Assembly (NCBI GenBank): GCA_043228905.1
Contig: JBHGNT010000016.1
Span: 13,144,001-13,208,000 of the forward strand
Origin: Azolla caroliniana
Taxonomy: Eukaryota > Plantae > Polypodiophyta
Direction: 5' to 3'
Length of the DNA: 64,000 nucleotides
This document shows positions 39,056 to 51,759 of the stretch, piece after piece. Below the pieces are notes generated by a model. It saw nothing but the letters and a program-made list of their open reading frames with translations. It was not told the DNA's origin and did no database searches. Made by a program: the position numbers and the translations under genes. Numbering within the stretch: the first letter of the stretch is position 1; each line of letters starts with the position of its first letter.

Positions 39056-40253
39056 TCTCGTGAAGATTTTCGGTAATGGTGTGAAAATCACATAAAACGT
39101 ACAAAATCGAGTATAAATCACATAAAACAATAATAGTGAAGTATCTAAGTACAAAATGATGGAGGTCTTCAAGAGCTTTCAAATGCACTTTGTTACACGA
39201 TAAACAGACAACTAGATGTCACGATATAAGGGTATAAAGTTTGTGAAAGGAAAAGAGAAAATTGTGAGATATCCCACATAGGCACGACAAATACGACTCT
39301 CATCATATATAAGGTACAACAAAAGCTATTATCTTTGTGTCTATGTGTTCAACATAGAGAGTTCAAGGTAACTTGAACTAAGAGTGCAGGTGGCCTAGCC
39401 ACTCATAAAGGTTTTGGCCAACCAAAACGGAACTGGACGGTAACCGGCGATCGATAATCCGGCGGTATCGGCATCCGACGGAGCCGGCGAGGCGGCGGCG
39501 AAGCTAGTGATCAGGCATCTGACGGGTGGCGAGACGATGGCGAAGTCGGTGACCTAGCGGAATCGGCATCTCACGGAGCCGGCGAGGCGGCGGTATCGAC
39601 ATCCGGCGAACCAGCATCATCCGGCAACCGATGGTAACCGGCGACAACCGGCATCCGGCAAACCGGCGACCAAATTAATAAATATATATATATATATATC
39701 ACATATATATACACAATGAGGGCAAGTGAGGATTCGAACCTTGCACCTCCTAGTTAAGAGTCAATAGGCTTACCACTAAGCCATGACATTTAGTTAAATT
39801 TATATTTCTATCATTATACTTTTACATGGAAATTCTCATACATGAGAGCTAAAGTGAGTGACATGGTTATCATGCACCACATGTAATACATGAGCGCCAA
39901 ATGGCACACATGCATTTTATGCATGTCTTGTACCCTCACATGCATCATATGCATGAGAGCGTCTATAAAAGAAGGGATGAAAAAGAAGAAGGGTTATGCT
40001 ATTTTTGGTTATGAAATTAAGAAGAGAATTCGTTATCGAATTGATCGTGTAACTTGTTTCTTAAAATCTAAAATCAAGAGTTCAATCTTAATCTTTCTCA
40101 ATCTAAGTCAAGCGTTTAATCTTAATCTCTTTCTCTCTCTCAATCTATCCTAAATACTTTCTCGCTAAGCTTGGTGCGAACTTCGATCCTTCCGGTCCAG
40201 AACCCCGGCCGTTCCGCCTCACGATCCGCGCCTAGTGACGGATCTTCACGACA
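39056..40253 (+). mobile_element. Solo LTR, 4-bp-TSD group, carries a tRNA-like module
   Basis: 12-bp terminal inverted repeat t(c/g)tcgtgaagat / atcttcacgaca; TSD ACGT; interrupts Copia RT; CCGGCG-rich block 39430-39670; TATA at ~39964. Confidence 0.85.
39722..39786 (-). pseudogene. tRNA-Lys(CTT)-like segment with consensus A and B boxes
   Basis: Minus strand TGGCTTAGTGGTAAGCC (D-arm GGCTT/AAGCC), loop CT-CTT-AA, GGTTCGAATCC; no acceptor stem. Confidence 0.75.
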
Positions 40254-42183
40254 ACGTGGTGGCGTTAACTGATTAGTATACCTTCCGGAGCACGGATCAC
40301 TTCGATCCCGAGGAAGTAATGAAGGTCTCCTAGATCCTTCATGTCAAACGATACCGCAAGTTGGGATTTGACACAGTCGATTTCATCTAGGTCAGTGACA
40401 ACGATGACTAAATCATAACATAAAGTAAAATACTAACCGGCACGTGCCAACCTTGCCAGGTGAAGAGAGAAGAGTCTAATTTCAACGGAGCAAACCCCAT
40501 CAGACGTAGTCTCTATGTGATCTTCACGTTCCAAGAGCGTGGGGCTTGCTTAAGTCCGTAGAGGGACTTCTTCAATCGGCACACAAGCGATGTGTTCACT
40601 CCAGACTGAAATCCGGGGGACTGAACCATAAACACCTAATCCTCAAGATCACCTTGCAGGAATGCATTTTTCACATCCATCTCATGTAGATGTCACAACC
40701 CCTTCGCCGTTGCCACCGCAAGCAAGACACGAACGGTCGTCATCTTTGCGACCGCGCGAATGTCTCATCGTAGCTGATGTCGTGTTGTTGCGTGTAGCCC
40801 TTTGCCACCAACCGGGCCTTGTACCTATTGACGGAGCCGTCGGTGTTGTATTTAACCTTGTATACCCATCGACAATTGATCGACTTCACTCCTTTCTTTA
40901 CATCCACTAAATCCCACGCCTCATTTTCCGCGAGTGCGTGCATCTCTTCCTCCATGGCCTTCTGCCTGTTCGGATCCTTAGCCGCTTCTACGTAGCTCTC
41001 CGTCTCACGCACGGTTGCAAAGGTTCTCAACCCTCCACTCGAGCCGGACTTCCCAATCTGGGAACAAGCGGCATGCAGAGTTATGTACTACTTTGCATCC
41101 AGTGTCGGCGATCAGCTACTAAGCGATATCCGGGACGCCAAGACGCCAAAGGAATCTTGGGGAATCCTGTCATTACTCGGTCCATATTTTCCTTTTGTCT
41201 GTTCTTTACTGGGTGTTAGGGTTTGTCTTCAGAAATCGCTCATCGGCTGCAAAGGTTCTCAACCCTTGCGCTCTGATGCCATGTAAAGAATAGCGAACCG
41301 GCTTATCCGTATTACAACAATAAAATAGAGATTGAAGGTTTAATGGAAGCTTAGGAACGAAGAATACACAGGAGAGATAAAGAGAGCAGCCATCATAAAC
41401 TCAATTCAAAATAATACCACTCTGTACATACAATGTGCTCAGTGAGCACTTTTATCCAAGTCCATGAAAGGACTAACAAAAGTACTAACAGATACTTCAA
41501 TGCTCATATGAGCAACTGACACTGACTCCCAAAAATATGAATACGTGCTAGGCTAGATTCATAGGCCTCTAAAGGCCTACCGGTTCCAATCGGATCTGGC
41601 TCCTGGTTCCAGATACCATCCGGACACTGATCCAGTTCTCTGTTCCAAATACCGATCCGGCTCTAGCTTATTCAGCCAATCCGGATCCAGTTGACCTTGT
41701 CCGTTCAACAGAGACGAATAGTTGCTGAAAAGTTTTTGTGCATTCATTTTCTTAGTGAATAGTTTAACCACACAATTTGCTCTCTTGTGCACTCGACGAA
41801 CCCAAGACCACTTCCCAATATCCTCTAGCAATAAATCTAGACAATGTAATGCACAAGGATTCCATACAACGCTTGGAAATTCAGTCTCTAAAATGTGACC
41901 CATGCTAACACAATTAGATGCATTGTCAATGACAATTTGCACCACATTTTCTGCTTTTACTTCCTTTATTGCAATTGATAGCATTTCCACCATCCATGGA
42001 CCATCAACCCTTGTAGAAACACCACTACAATCAATAGTTTTAAGGCACATAGTTCCATAACAACATGAGACCAAAATATTCACAAGTGCTCTCTTGCTAG
42101 TGTCAATCCATCCATCAGAAAGTATTGTAACTCCATATTTTGGCCAAAGGACTTTCACATTTTCCACTTTGTGTTCCACATGT

Positions 42184-42642
42184 TGTTACAGGAATGACCA
42201 TATAATATTCCGTGGTGAGAATTTACCGTAGCGTTCTATACACGTGGATAAGTGTGAGGGTTAAACGAGAGTGTAAAGAAGGGGAGGATTACTTTTAATC
42301 CTCGCGATTGAAACAACCCATTAGGCCAAGTGTGAACTTGCTTGGGGGCCTTGGGTCTCGCTATAAATATGAGGCCTAGCTACCCTCATGTCATCATCTC
42401 TTGACTACGTTGAGACTCTGTTACGTGGTTGGTCAACTCTTGTAGCGAGCGCGCCAGCACCAGGCATGACTCGACACCACGACGGTGGTATGGGACACCG
42501 ATCGAGGATCGATTCCGTCTCGATCCCTTCACTCGAGGGTGGTCGGGTGGATCAACACCCTCCCCTTCTTTCTCTCTGTCCTTTCTTATTTCATATATAT
42601 TATATCCTTATCATATGCTTACATTAGAACATCACTCTAACA
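42184..42642 (+). mobile_element. Solo LTR of the same family as the 42897-49155 chromovirus, opposite orientation
   Basis: TGTTA...TAACA; TSD catgt/catgc within the hAT transposase; 5' part is the reverse complement of 42897-43035 and 3' part of 48951-49155. Confidence 0.88.
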
Positions 42643-42693
42643 CATGCAGATGCTCTTTCTTTAAATATTTAACTCTTAAATCCTTCTAGGTAA

Positions 42694-42896
42694 TGTTAGG
42701 AATATGGTCCCTCCGGATGGGGTAGGATGAGCCGGATCGAACAAGCCGAAGCAAGGAGCTGGATCGGATGGACCATGAAGGATATCCGGAAGACGGACCG
42801 GATGGACCCGGAAGGGGTCCGGCCGGATCCAATGTGAACCATGAGAAGGGACATATTGGTAAATATGTTCCTATGTGTCATTGAGGACATATTTGT
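42694..42896 (+). mobile_element. 5' fragment of a family-B LTR
   Basis: tgttaggaatatggtccctccggatggg start, as at 46216 and the reverse complement of 33612. Confidence 0.7.
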
Positions 42897-45800
42897 AATG
42901 GGTTGTGTCAATCCCGAGGATTAAAAGTAATCCTCCCCTTCTTTACACTCTCATTTAACCCTCACACTTATCCATGTGTATAGAATACTACGATAAATTC
43001 TCACCACGGGATATTATATGGTCATGCCCGTAACATACTCCCCCTCTTTAAAACATTGCACTCTTGCAATGGAAAGTTAGGGAAGTTAGTTCTGAGAGTA
43101 TTTTCGTGTTCCCATGTGGCATCTTTTATTGATTTATCCATCCATTTTATTTTAAATTCTCGGATTTCTTTAGTACGTAATTTTTTTGTTTTAACATCGA
43201 GAATTCTTTCTAGTACATGTGGTTTAGAAGATAATTCTTCAAAAGTAACCAGAGTTCCAATTGTAACGGTATTGTCACCAGAATCTAGAAGTTCTTTTAG
43301 ACAACTCACATGAAAAACTGGATGAATTTCAACACCATCAGGAAGAGCGAGACGATAGGCCAATGACCCAATGCATTTGACGACTGTAAAAGGTCCACAA
43401 AATTGTGGGGCTAACTTAGTGCACTTACCCTTACACATTGTCTTAGAATTGAGAGCTACATGTAAAAATACCTTCTGTCCAAGGTTGAATACACGAGGTT
43501 GCCTATGATGATCGGCATAAAAACGTGCTCTATCTTGAGATGTTTTTATATTATCTCGTGCAATATGCAACATATCTTGCATATCTCGAAGAAAGTTTTG
43601 CGTACTTCGCAACTCATCATGATGTATATTAACATCAATCGGGGCTCGTGGCTGAAAACCATACATCAACATAAAAGGACTATATCCCGTCGATGTATGA
43701 TTGGAGATGTTATAAGAAAACTCTTAAATTGGGAGATAACGTTCCCATTTTGTTGGTTTTGTATGCTCGAATCATGTCCTCAATAATTTGATTTACTCGT
43801 TCTGTCTGTCCATCGGATTGAGGATACTCCGTGGAGCTCATGCTCAATGTAGTTTCTAACTTCTTAAAGACTTGCATCCAGAAGTCACTAGTAAACTTTG
43901 GATCTCGATCACTCACAATATCTATTGGTAACCCATAAAAACGAAATAACTTGTCAACGAATTGGGAAGCCAATTCAGGAGTTGTTACCATGGTTTTTGT
44001 AGCAATAAATCTGGCCATTTTAGTTAGTCTGTCAACCACAACCCAGATGGCATCATGACCTTTTTGGGTGCGAGGAAGGCTAACAATAAAATCCGTGGAT
44101 ATACTTTCCCACTTATTATTGGGAATGTCCAAGGGATGTAAAAGTCTTGCGGCTTTAAGTCGCTCAGCTTTGTTAACCTAACATTGGTGACATTTAGTCA
44201 TATACCTATGTATGTCAGGGCGCATCTTAGGCCAATAGAATTGAGTGGAGATGAGAACGAGTGTACGATGTATTCCAGGGTGCCCTGCTGAGGGTGCGTC
44301 ATGGCATTAAAAAAGAATCATTTTTTGACCTCAGGTAAATCTAGAACACAAACCTTCCCATTACGGTAGAGCAGACCGTTGGCAATGTGGAAGTATTCCT
44401 TCAAGGATGTGGTGGTGTCTATTCCAGACTCAACTCTTGCCTAGTATTTCGCAAAATAATTGTCATCAAGATACTTTCCTCGAAGGCGATCATAAAGATC
44501 TGATGTTATTTCAATGAAGCTAAACATGTTAACTTCACGGATGTGACTTAGTGCATCAGCGACAATGTTCATGGAACCTTTACGATATCGTATGGAAAAA
44601 TCAAAGTCCTAGATGAGATCAGCCAATCGTGCCTTACAACCTTTCAGGTCTTGTTGGTCACAAAAATATTTCAAGGACTCATGATCCATAGTTACCACAA
44701 AGCGATCTCCATAAAGATAATGGCACCATGTTTTGAGTGCATGTATAACTGCAAATAATTCCTTTTCTTGAACGGTATATCAACATTGAGCACAATCAAG
44801 TTTCTTACTCTCAAATGCTATTGGTTTACCATCTTGATATAAGACAGCACCTATAGCATAATCGCTTGCATCGGTTTCAACCTCAAAAGGTTTTGAAGGA
44901 TCGGGTAAAAGAAGTGAAGAAGCGTTGCACACTGAGTTCCTTAAAGGCGAGGTCTAGTGTAGCATTCCAGACAATAGGTTTTGTAGACTTACGGGTTTGA
45001 CCTTTTAGAAGATCAGTAAATGGCATCATCAATTGGGAGTAATTATGAAGGGATTTTCACAAAAACCCGACAAAACCAAGGAATGATCGAACTTCTCGAA
45101 TATTCCGAAGCGTGGGCCAAAGCTTGATTTTCTCGATGCGAGAAGGATCAATTTCAACTCCTCATTCGGTTATGAGATGTCCAAGATAAGTAATTGATTT
45201 CTTGAAGAACTCACATTTTGAGATCTTCACATAAAACTATTTGTCATGCAATGTTTGTAAAACAAAGCGGACATGTTTAGCATGTTCTTGTAATGTACGG
45301 CTATAAACTAAAATATTATCCAAGAAAATAACGACAAATTTTCCAAGTTGTTCCAAGTTTTTGAAATGTAGCCGAAGCATTGGTCAAACCAAAACGCATA
45401 ACCAAAAACTCATAATGGCCATAGCGTGTACGAAATGTCGTTTTAGGAACATCGTCCTCACTTATACGAATTTGATGGTAACCAGTACGGAGATCAAGTT
45501 TCGTAAAATACCGAGCTCCCTGGAGACATTCAATTAGAAAGTCAGCCTGGGGCAATGGATACGAATTCTTGATCGTCACTTTATTTAAGTGTCGGTAATT
45601 AATAAACATACGCCATGTGCCCTCTTTCTTTTTAACCAAGAGAACTGGTGCACCCCATGGAGATTTACTATAACGTATATAACCCATTCGTAAATAGTCC
45701 TTTAGTTGCTTAGATACCTCATCCTCTTTGGATTGACTTAACCGATAAGGAGGTATACTTATTGGTGCAACGCTAGGTACAATATCTATACGATGGTCTA

Positions 45801-46215
45801 CATTACGTTTAGGAGGTAACCAATCTAGTAGTTCACTCAGAAAAACATCACAAAAATCATTTAAGATTTCATCAAGTTGAATAAAATGAGTATAAAATGA
45901 GTATAATCATTCTGTACAAAAGTTATTGAATGATGAACCCAATCAATAGATAAAGAAGAGTTTTTATTATAGAACCAACAAAGATTCATTACATGGAAGT
46001 CTACTTCCTTTATATAAGTATCAATAGAAATTCCTAATGAATGAATCGCCCTGTTGATGTATTGTACTCTTTCATCAGCCAAGTGCACCGTATAGGTGTG
46101 ATCACTTACGGTGGGTTGGATTCCCCATATCTGAACCAAACGATCATTCACAAAGTTGTGTGAGCTTCCCAAATCAAACAAAAATTGTACAGGAGATCCA
46201 TTGATATAACCGTTT

Positions 46216-46776
46216 TGTTGGGAATATGTCCCTCCAGTGGGAGGATGATCCGACTGTTCGGAAAGCCGACAGTCGAGGAGCCGAGTTGATGAGGGACTCG
46301 GCCGAAACCGAAATCGTGTAAACAGCCAACTCAGGAGACTATATTTGTAAATCGTCTATGTGTGCGCCCCATGAGGGCTACGTATGTAAATAGCCAGAAA
46401 AGTAGCGTAAGTATATATGTAACTAGGGCAAACTTTAACTGATGTGAATAGAACAGTGTGTAGAATAGACTGTGTGCGGAGAGAGAGTATGTGTGAGAGA
46501 AGAAGGTAGAGTCACGCCATAGTTGTGTGTGTAACAGCAGATGCGAAGAGCCCTGTGTGGCTGATGCACTCGTGAGAGAGTGTTGTAATCTTCTCGCTAT
46601 TGTATATCCACTATTTGTATAGTGAAGAATCTATTCCCATGGTTTTCCCCGTTTTAGGGTTTCCACGTAAATCACTGTGTATAGTCGTTTATCTTGTCTT
46701 TCTCGCATTGTGGTGTGATTCGTATTTCAACGCGTAGTTTGTTTATTGTGATCTATTCCGCATCGATTTCTCAACA
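46216..46776 (+). mobile_element. Solo LTR (family B)
   Basis: TGTTG...CAACA; TSD CGTTT; inserted in the Gypsy protease. Confidence 0.92.
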
Positions 46777-47568
46777 CGTTTGCACGTAGTAAATCATTGG
46801 GACCCAATACATAGTGAGGGAAAGAACATTGACAATTACTTAAATGATGTGTATAGACCTGAAGGACATTAGGAATCTTACCTTTATGGTCTCCAGCTTT
46901 AGCTTTGCTGTCGTGCTCTTTCCGTTGGACCTTTCCGTTGGACCCAATTAGGTTGCTCTTTTTGAATGTTTAATGTTTCATGCGTATAAGAGATATGCAA
47001 GGCATTTGCCCATATATGTTTTTTTAAAAGAAACATATATGTCAAGAGTCCTTATTTCCCCCTCGTTTACCACAAACTTTGTTGGTATGTTACTTAACCT
47101 CAAGTCTCATAATTACGATGGCATACACCAAAGTGCAACCTAATGGTCAAGCCAAATTAGCCCTCTTTTCGTAGTAGGCCCACGTGGCCCATCACATGGT
47201 TACGTCATTACGAATGCCTTTTGTAAGAATGATCTCATGGTGGCATCGTATCCATGTAATGAGGGAGGGATGTTGGATAGGTGTGTCATAAGAGCGACCT
47301 CACATCAAGTGGGTCAAGCCCTACGTTCTCAACACCATTGTGGCTAAGAATGTTTCATTACGTAATGAAATCGAAGTCACCAACGGGGATGTCAACAATA
47401 AAAATTTGTTGAAAAAGGGATGGTGACAACGCCATTCTCACAAAAATGTGAGGATGTCCACCAAGATCCTTTGCCCGAAAAGGAAAACATTCGATATTGA
47501 AATCACGTAATAACTTATATACACATATGTATATTATCACATATATACAATCAAATACGTATACACGT

Positions 47569-48369
47569 TGTCGTAGTGTAGGTTGCACACTATGTGGAAA
47601 TTATATTTTTGTCCCTCCGGATAGAGAATGGAGTGCTCGATGAGAACCGGAAGAAAACGGCATACCGGCAAGGAGGAAAACGGCATACCGGCAAGGAAGA
47701 GCCGGATAAAGAGACATAAATGTAAAAAGGAAAGGAAATACTCACTACTGCGCAAGGCGTGATTCGAACTCTGCACCTCCACGTTGACAAACCCCAACCT
47801 TACCATTACATTAACTTATCTTAAGTGTTTTACATATAGATTTAATACGTATAAGACCTTTATTTATGCATACCTTTATTAAAAGGTAAATCATGTATTT
47901 TTAGAGTGCGTCAATATTTTATAGAAAAACGCAAGCAACTAAAAAGTGACTCATGCACATCTAGCGTGCATGAGCACTATATTTAGCAAATAAAAGCAAG
48001 GATTAGAAAAGCATCACATGCACATTTAGTGTGCATGAACGTATTAGAAAAAGCATGTAGCTATGCTTAGTCTCTCCCATCACTATATAAGGATGGGGAG
48101 CACATTGTAGTTTTTGTTGATTATTTTTCTATAATGATCAATCAATCTAAAATATTCGTGGGATTCACGAATTTGCTAAAATAATTCTCTCTTACTACCT
48201 AAATATTGACTAAATATACTAAACTCGTGGGATTCACGAGATTCTTATCTTATAACTCTTTATACCTATTCTTTACTAGCCTTATTTGTATTTTTCTTTT
48301 CTCCTAGTCCAAAACCCCGGTGGTTCCCACCCGACTCACGCAAACGATCCGGAGCCGAAAGGCACGACA
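47569..48369 (+). mobile_element. Solo LTR, 4-bp-TSD group, carries a tRNA-like module
   Basis: TGTCGT...ACGACA; perfect TSD ACGT; homologous to 31059-31904. Confidence 0.92.
47752..47815 (-). pseudogene. tRNA-Asp(GTC)-like segment
   Basis: Minus strand TAATGTAATGGTAAGG, loop TT-GTC-AA, GGAGGTGCAGAGTTCGAATCAC. Confidence 0.6.
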
Positions 48370-49329
48370 ACGTGACCACATATGCATATATAAAAGAAAT
48401 TGTAATATAAAATAGCCAAAAATGATGTAATCGAGATACATAATCGAGGCATATACCCTCTACACACACGAAACATCTAAAAATAAGGGTTAATCATAAT
48501 ACGTAATTGAGGTATTGACCTCATACACATACGACACCAAACGCATATCATTTACATACAAACCAAGGTAATGACCTCATACGCAAACGTAACATATGTT
48601 TGTGAACATAATACGTAATTGAGGTATTAACCTCGTACGCATACGACACTAATCACATATTAAATGTATGTCAAATGAGGTATTGACCTCGTGCACATAT
48701 GTAAACATTTTATATAACCAATTAATTAACACTACAACATCATTGAATTAATGGAAAAAAAATTACATATGACCATATACATGATTAGAAGGGAGAAGAA
48801 AAAATAGAAATAAAAAACAAGAAAGATTACCAAAGTTCCTTTGTTGATCAATGTCTGGATCAAGGCCGACCTCACATCGATCGATCACCATCAATCAAGA
48901 AGACAAAAGACAACGAAAAGAAACATTAGAACATGAGCTTTGAAACCAACTATTAGAGATATGATCTAATGTAAGCGTATGATAAGGAGAAAAGAATGAT
49001 AAATAGATAGATAGAAAGGAGAGAGAGAAAGAAGGGCGTCGATCCACCCGACCACCCCCGAGCGAAGGGATCGAGACGGACTCGAGCCTTGATCGGCGTC
49101 CCATACCACCGTTGTGGCGTCGAGTCATACCTAGTGTTGGCGTACTCGCTACAAGGACGATGAAGAAGTTAGTAAAACAACGTTAGGTTATTGCTTATAT
49201 ACTAAGCCCTAACTATTTGGACGTGTTCACACACTAGGATACAAAGTGGAAGGAGTTGGCCTTTTATGCTAACACACCCTCTGTGGGACATCACCTTTCA
49301 AAGGCACTAAGGGAGACATGTTTATCACA

Positions 49330-51755
49330 TAAACAATCGTTCAACTCAGGGGTCTTCAGCACTGTGTATTTGATTCGAATACGTTGGGTCTTGTAGTATT
49401 CTTCGAACTGCCCTCTATATTAGCCACCATTGTCGGTTTAGGCAGCCTTCAACTTCCGACCCAACTCTCTTTCGTCCCTTGCCTAGAACTCCTTGAAGAA
49501 TGACAGTACTTGGTCCTTCAACTTTAGTACAAAAGCCCACAACTTTCGACTGTAGTCGTAAATGAACGTTACGGAGTACTGTCCACCATGATGCGATGGA
49601 GCACCTACATAGCACACGTCTGTGTGCACTAGTTCCAGTGCAGGTTCTCTTCTCCTTGGTGTTCTCAAGTGGAATGCAGCTCTGTTCTGCTTTCCAACTA
49701 GGCCGTCGACACACTTCTCCACCTTTCACTTTTGGGAGAAGTTTCTGGTCGGCAAGGATATGCATTCCCTTTTCACTCATGTGGCCTAGCATCTTATGTC
49801 ATATCTCTCCTGCTGAGTCGGCTGCCACATTCACTTCCGACTTGCACAACCTAGCTTGCATCATGTACAGAGTGCCTTGTTTCTTTGCTCGGGCCACTAT
49901 GAGGTTTCCTCGGCAGAACTTCCACTTGCCATTTCGGAAGCTACCATTGTAGCCTTCGTTGTCCATCCTTCTAGTTTATATCAAATTCAGCCTAATATCG
50001 AGCACATGCCGAACATCCTTCAGAGTCAGCTGACAACCACTTGATGTTGTTAGGCATACATTTTCAACTCTGACTATCTTGCATTCCCCATTATCTCCCA
50101 TCTTTACATAGTCATGGTCATCGGTTGTGTAGGTCGAGAAACACTCTCTCGAGGGAGTTATATGAAAAGATGCATCGGAGTCGATCACCCAGGTGCTCTC
50201 TTCACTTGCAAGATTTGTGCTTGCATGCTCACAAATGAATAAGATCTCCTCTTCTTGTAGCTACGACTGATGTGCCCTTCTCCTCAGAAATCGTTCTAGG
50301 TTTGGCATCCTTTGAGGCACCTTTTTCCTTCTTGAGGTGTCGACAATCCTTCTAGAAGTGTTCAGGTTTTCCACAGTACAAGAATGTGAGCTTACCGCTG
50401 GACTTGGATCTGGCATGGGACTTTTCCCTTCTTTGCCGGTTCCTTCCTTTGTCGGAATGTCGTGTCACATTCGCATCTTCCTGGGACATGACATCCTTGT
50501 ACTTCTTGTCTCCTTGTTCACGATGCTTATCTTTACCACTTGCAAGGATAAGTTTTATTCTTGACACGAGGTACTAAGAGTCACCACCAGGTTCTCCCAG
50601 TTGTCCGGTAGGGTACACAGTAATAGGATGGCCTACATACCATCATCATAGGGAAACTTGGTTGCCACAAGTTGGTTCACATACCCCATGAATGTGTTTA
50701 TGTGATCCACTATACTTTCTCCGTCCCTGTACTTCAGTCATATGATCTTCCTCATCAAAGATGTCTTGTTTATGGCATTCTTTCTTTCGCAGAGCCCCGA
50801 CAACTTCTGCCACATCTCGTACGCATTTGTGTCATTCGCCACATGATGAAGGACACTTACATCTACGCACTGTCTGATGGTGGCCACCGTCGTCCTGTTG
50901 AGGAGTTTCCATTCAAACTCTAATACCTCTATGGGTATTTGCTCTCTGTCGATGGGCTCGTACAGATCTTTGACAATGAGAAGATCTTCCATCTTGATCT
51001 TCTAGTTTGTGTAGTTCTGTGAGTTCAGGACCACCCTTCCTAGGAAGCCACTCACACCTCCTTCCATCGTTGCACCTATCGCTCTGATACTAGTTTGTCG
51101 AGATGGGGATCTCCGGATTTGAGACCAAGATATGTAGAAATACACAACGCGCGGAAACAAAGACCAACAAGTAGACAAAATACACAAAGTATACACAGGT
51201 TTTACATGGAAAACCCTAAACGGGAAAAACCACGGGCAACAGAGATTTCACTATTATCAAAAGTGTACAAGTCAGAGCAAAATACAACACTCTCTAATCA
51301 GAGTGTATCAGCCACACAGGGCTCTTGGCGTCTAGTCTGTGTTTAGCTATGGCGCCGCTCACTCACGCTCTCTCTTCTCTATGTACTCACATGTGCTCAC
51401 ACACACACTATTACTCCGTTACTACTACTTCATAATGTTTGCCCTAGGTGTATTTATACTTATACACTATGGGCTATTTACAAATGTAGTGCCTACTACT
51501 ACCATTACTGTTATTATTATAGTGATAACTATATCCATTAATCAGCTGACTAGTCGACTAGATTCGACTAGCCGACACCTATGTCGACTCTCCAGTCGAC
51601 CCAACTAGTCGGCCTTGTCGTCGACCATCCGGTCGGCCCAACTAGTCAGTCTTTTCTTTGACTTGGATCATCTACAGTCGACTCTCTGTATCTTCCATTG
51701 TCGGCTCTCAACCCGACCAGTCAACTTCTCCTAGAGGAGGGACATATTCCTAACA
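49330..51755 (-). mobile_element. 5' half of a Tnt1/Tork-like Copia (5' LTR 51096-51755, PBS, gag-PR-INT)
   Basis: PBS gctctgatacta (51081-92); KMEDLLIVKDLY gag; IDSDASFH protease; MLGHMSEKG and LVHTDVC integrase; truncated. Confidence 0.9.
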
Positions 51756-51759
51756 AAAA

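Larger units (their letters stand above)
29668..41710 (-). mobile_element. Internally deleted Copia with both LTRs; hosts three direct nested insertions
   Basis: LTRs 29668-~30087 and 41282-41710; TSD GAGAC; Met-type PBS (plus gctctgatgcca, 41270-41281); PPT ttgagggggag; RT/RNaseH pieces rejoin across the insertions. Confidence 0.93.
27485..42693 (-). mobile_element. Degenerate hAT DNA transposon (DUF659-type transposase) split by nested LTR insertions
   Basis: GVTILSDGW...DNASNC...PCALHCLDL (41711-42183) rejoins LLRPSPTRF (29316-29667) across the GAGAC TSD. Dimerisation-domain-like AVERNWN...RNRL at ~28600-28710. Possible TIR CATGGTTGTAA at 27485. Also 42643-42693. Confidence 0.85.
42897..49155 (-). 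mobile_element. Degenerate chromovirus Ty3/Gypsy (PR-RT-RH-INT-chromodomain), both LTRs truncated
   Basis: FDLGSSHNF protease; [14 protein letters not shown]; VVVDRLTK and SDGQTERVN integrase; chromodomain ERILDVK...KIKW...DATWE; PPT gagggggagta at 43036; Met-like PBS at 48935-48948. Confidence 0.9.

Noticed and set aside
39722-39786. Functional tRNA-Lys gene
   Set aside because: No acceptor stem, weak anticodon stem, and embedded in an LTR; kept only as tRNA-like.
42184-43035. MITE or Mutator-like element with 140-bp TIRs
   Set aside because: The inverted arms are the 5' ends of two same-family LTRs in opposite orientation, one a solo with its own TSD and one next to a PPT.
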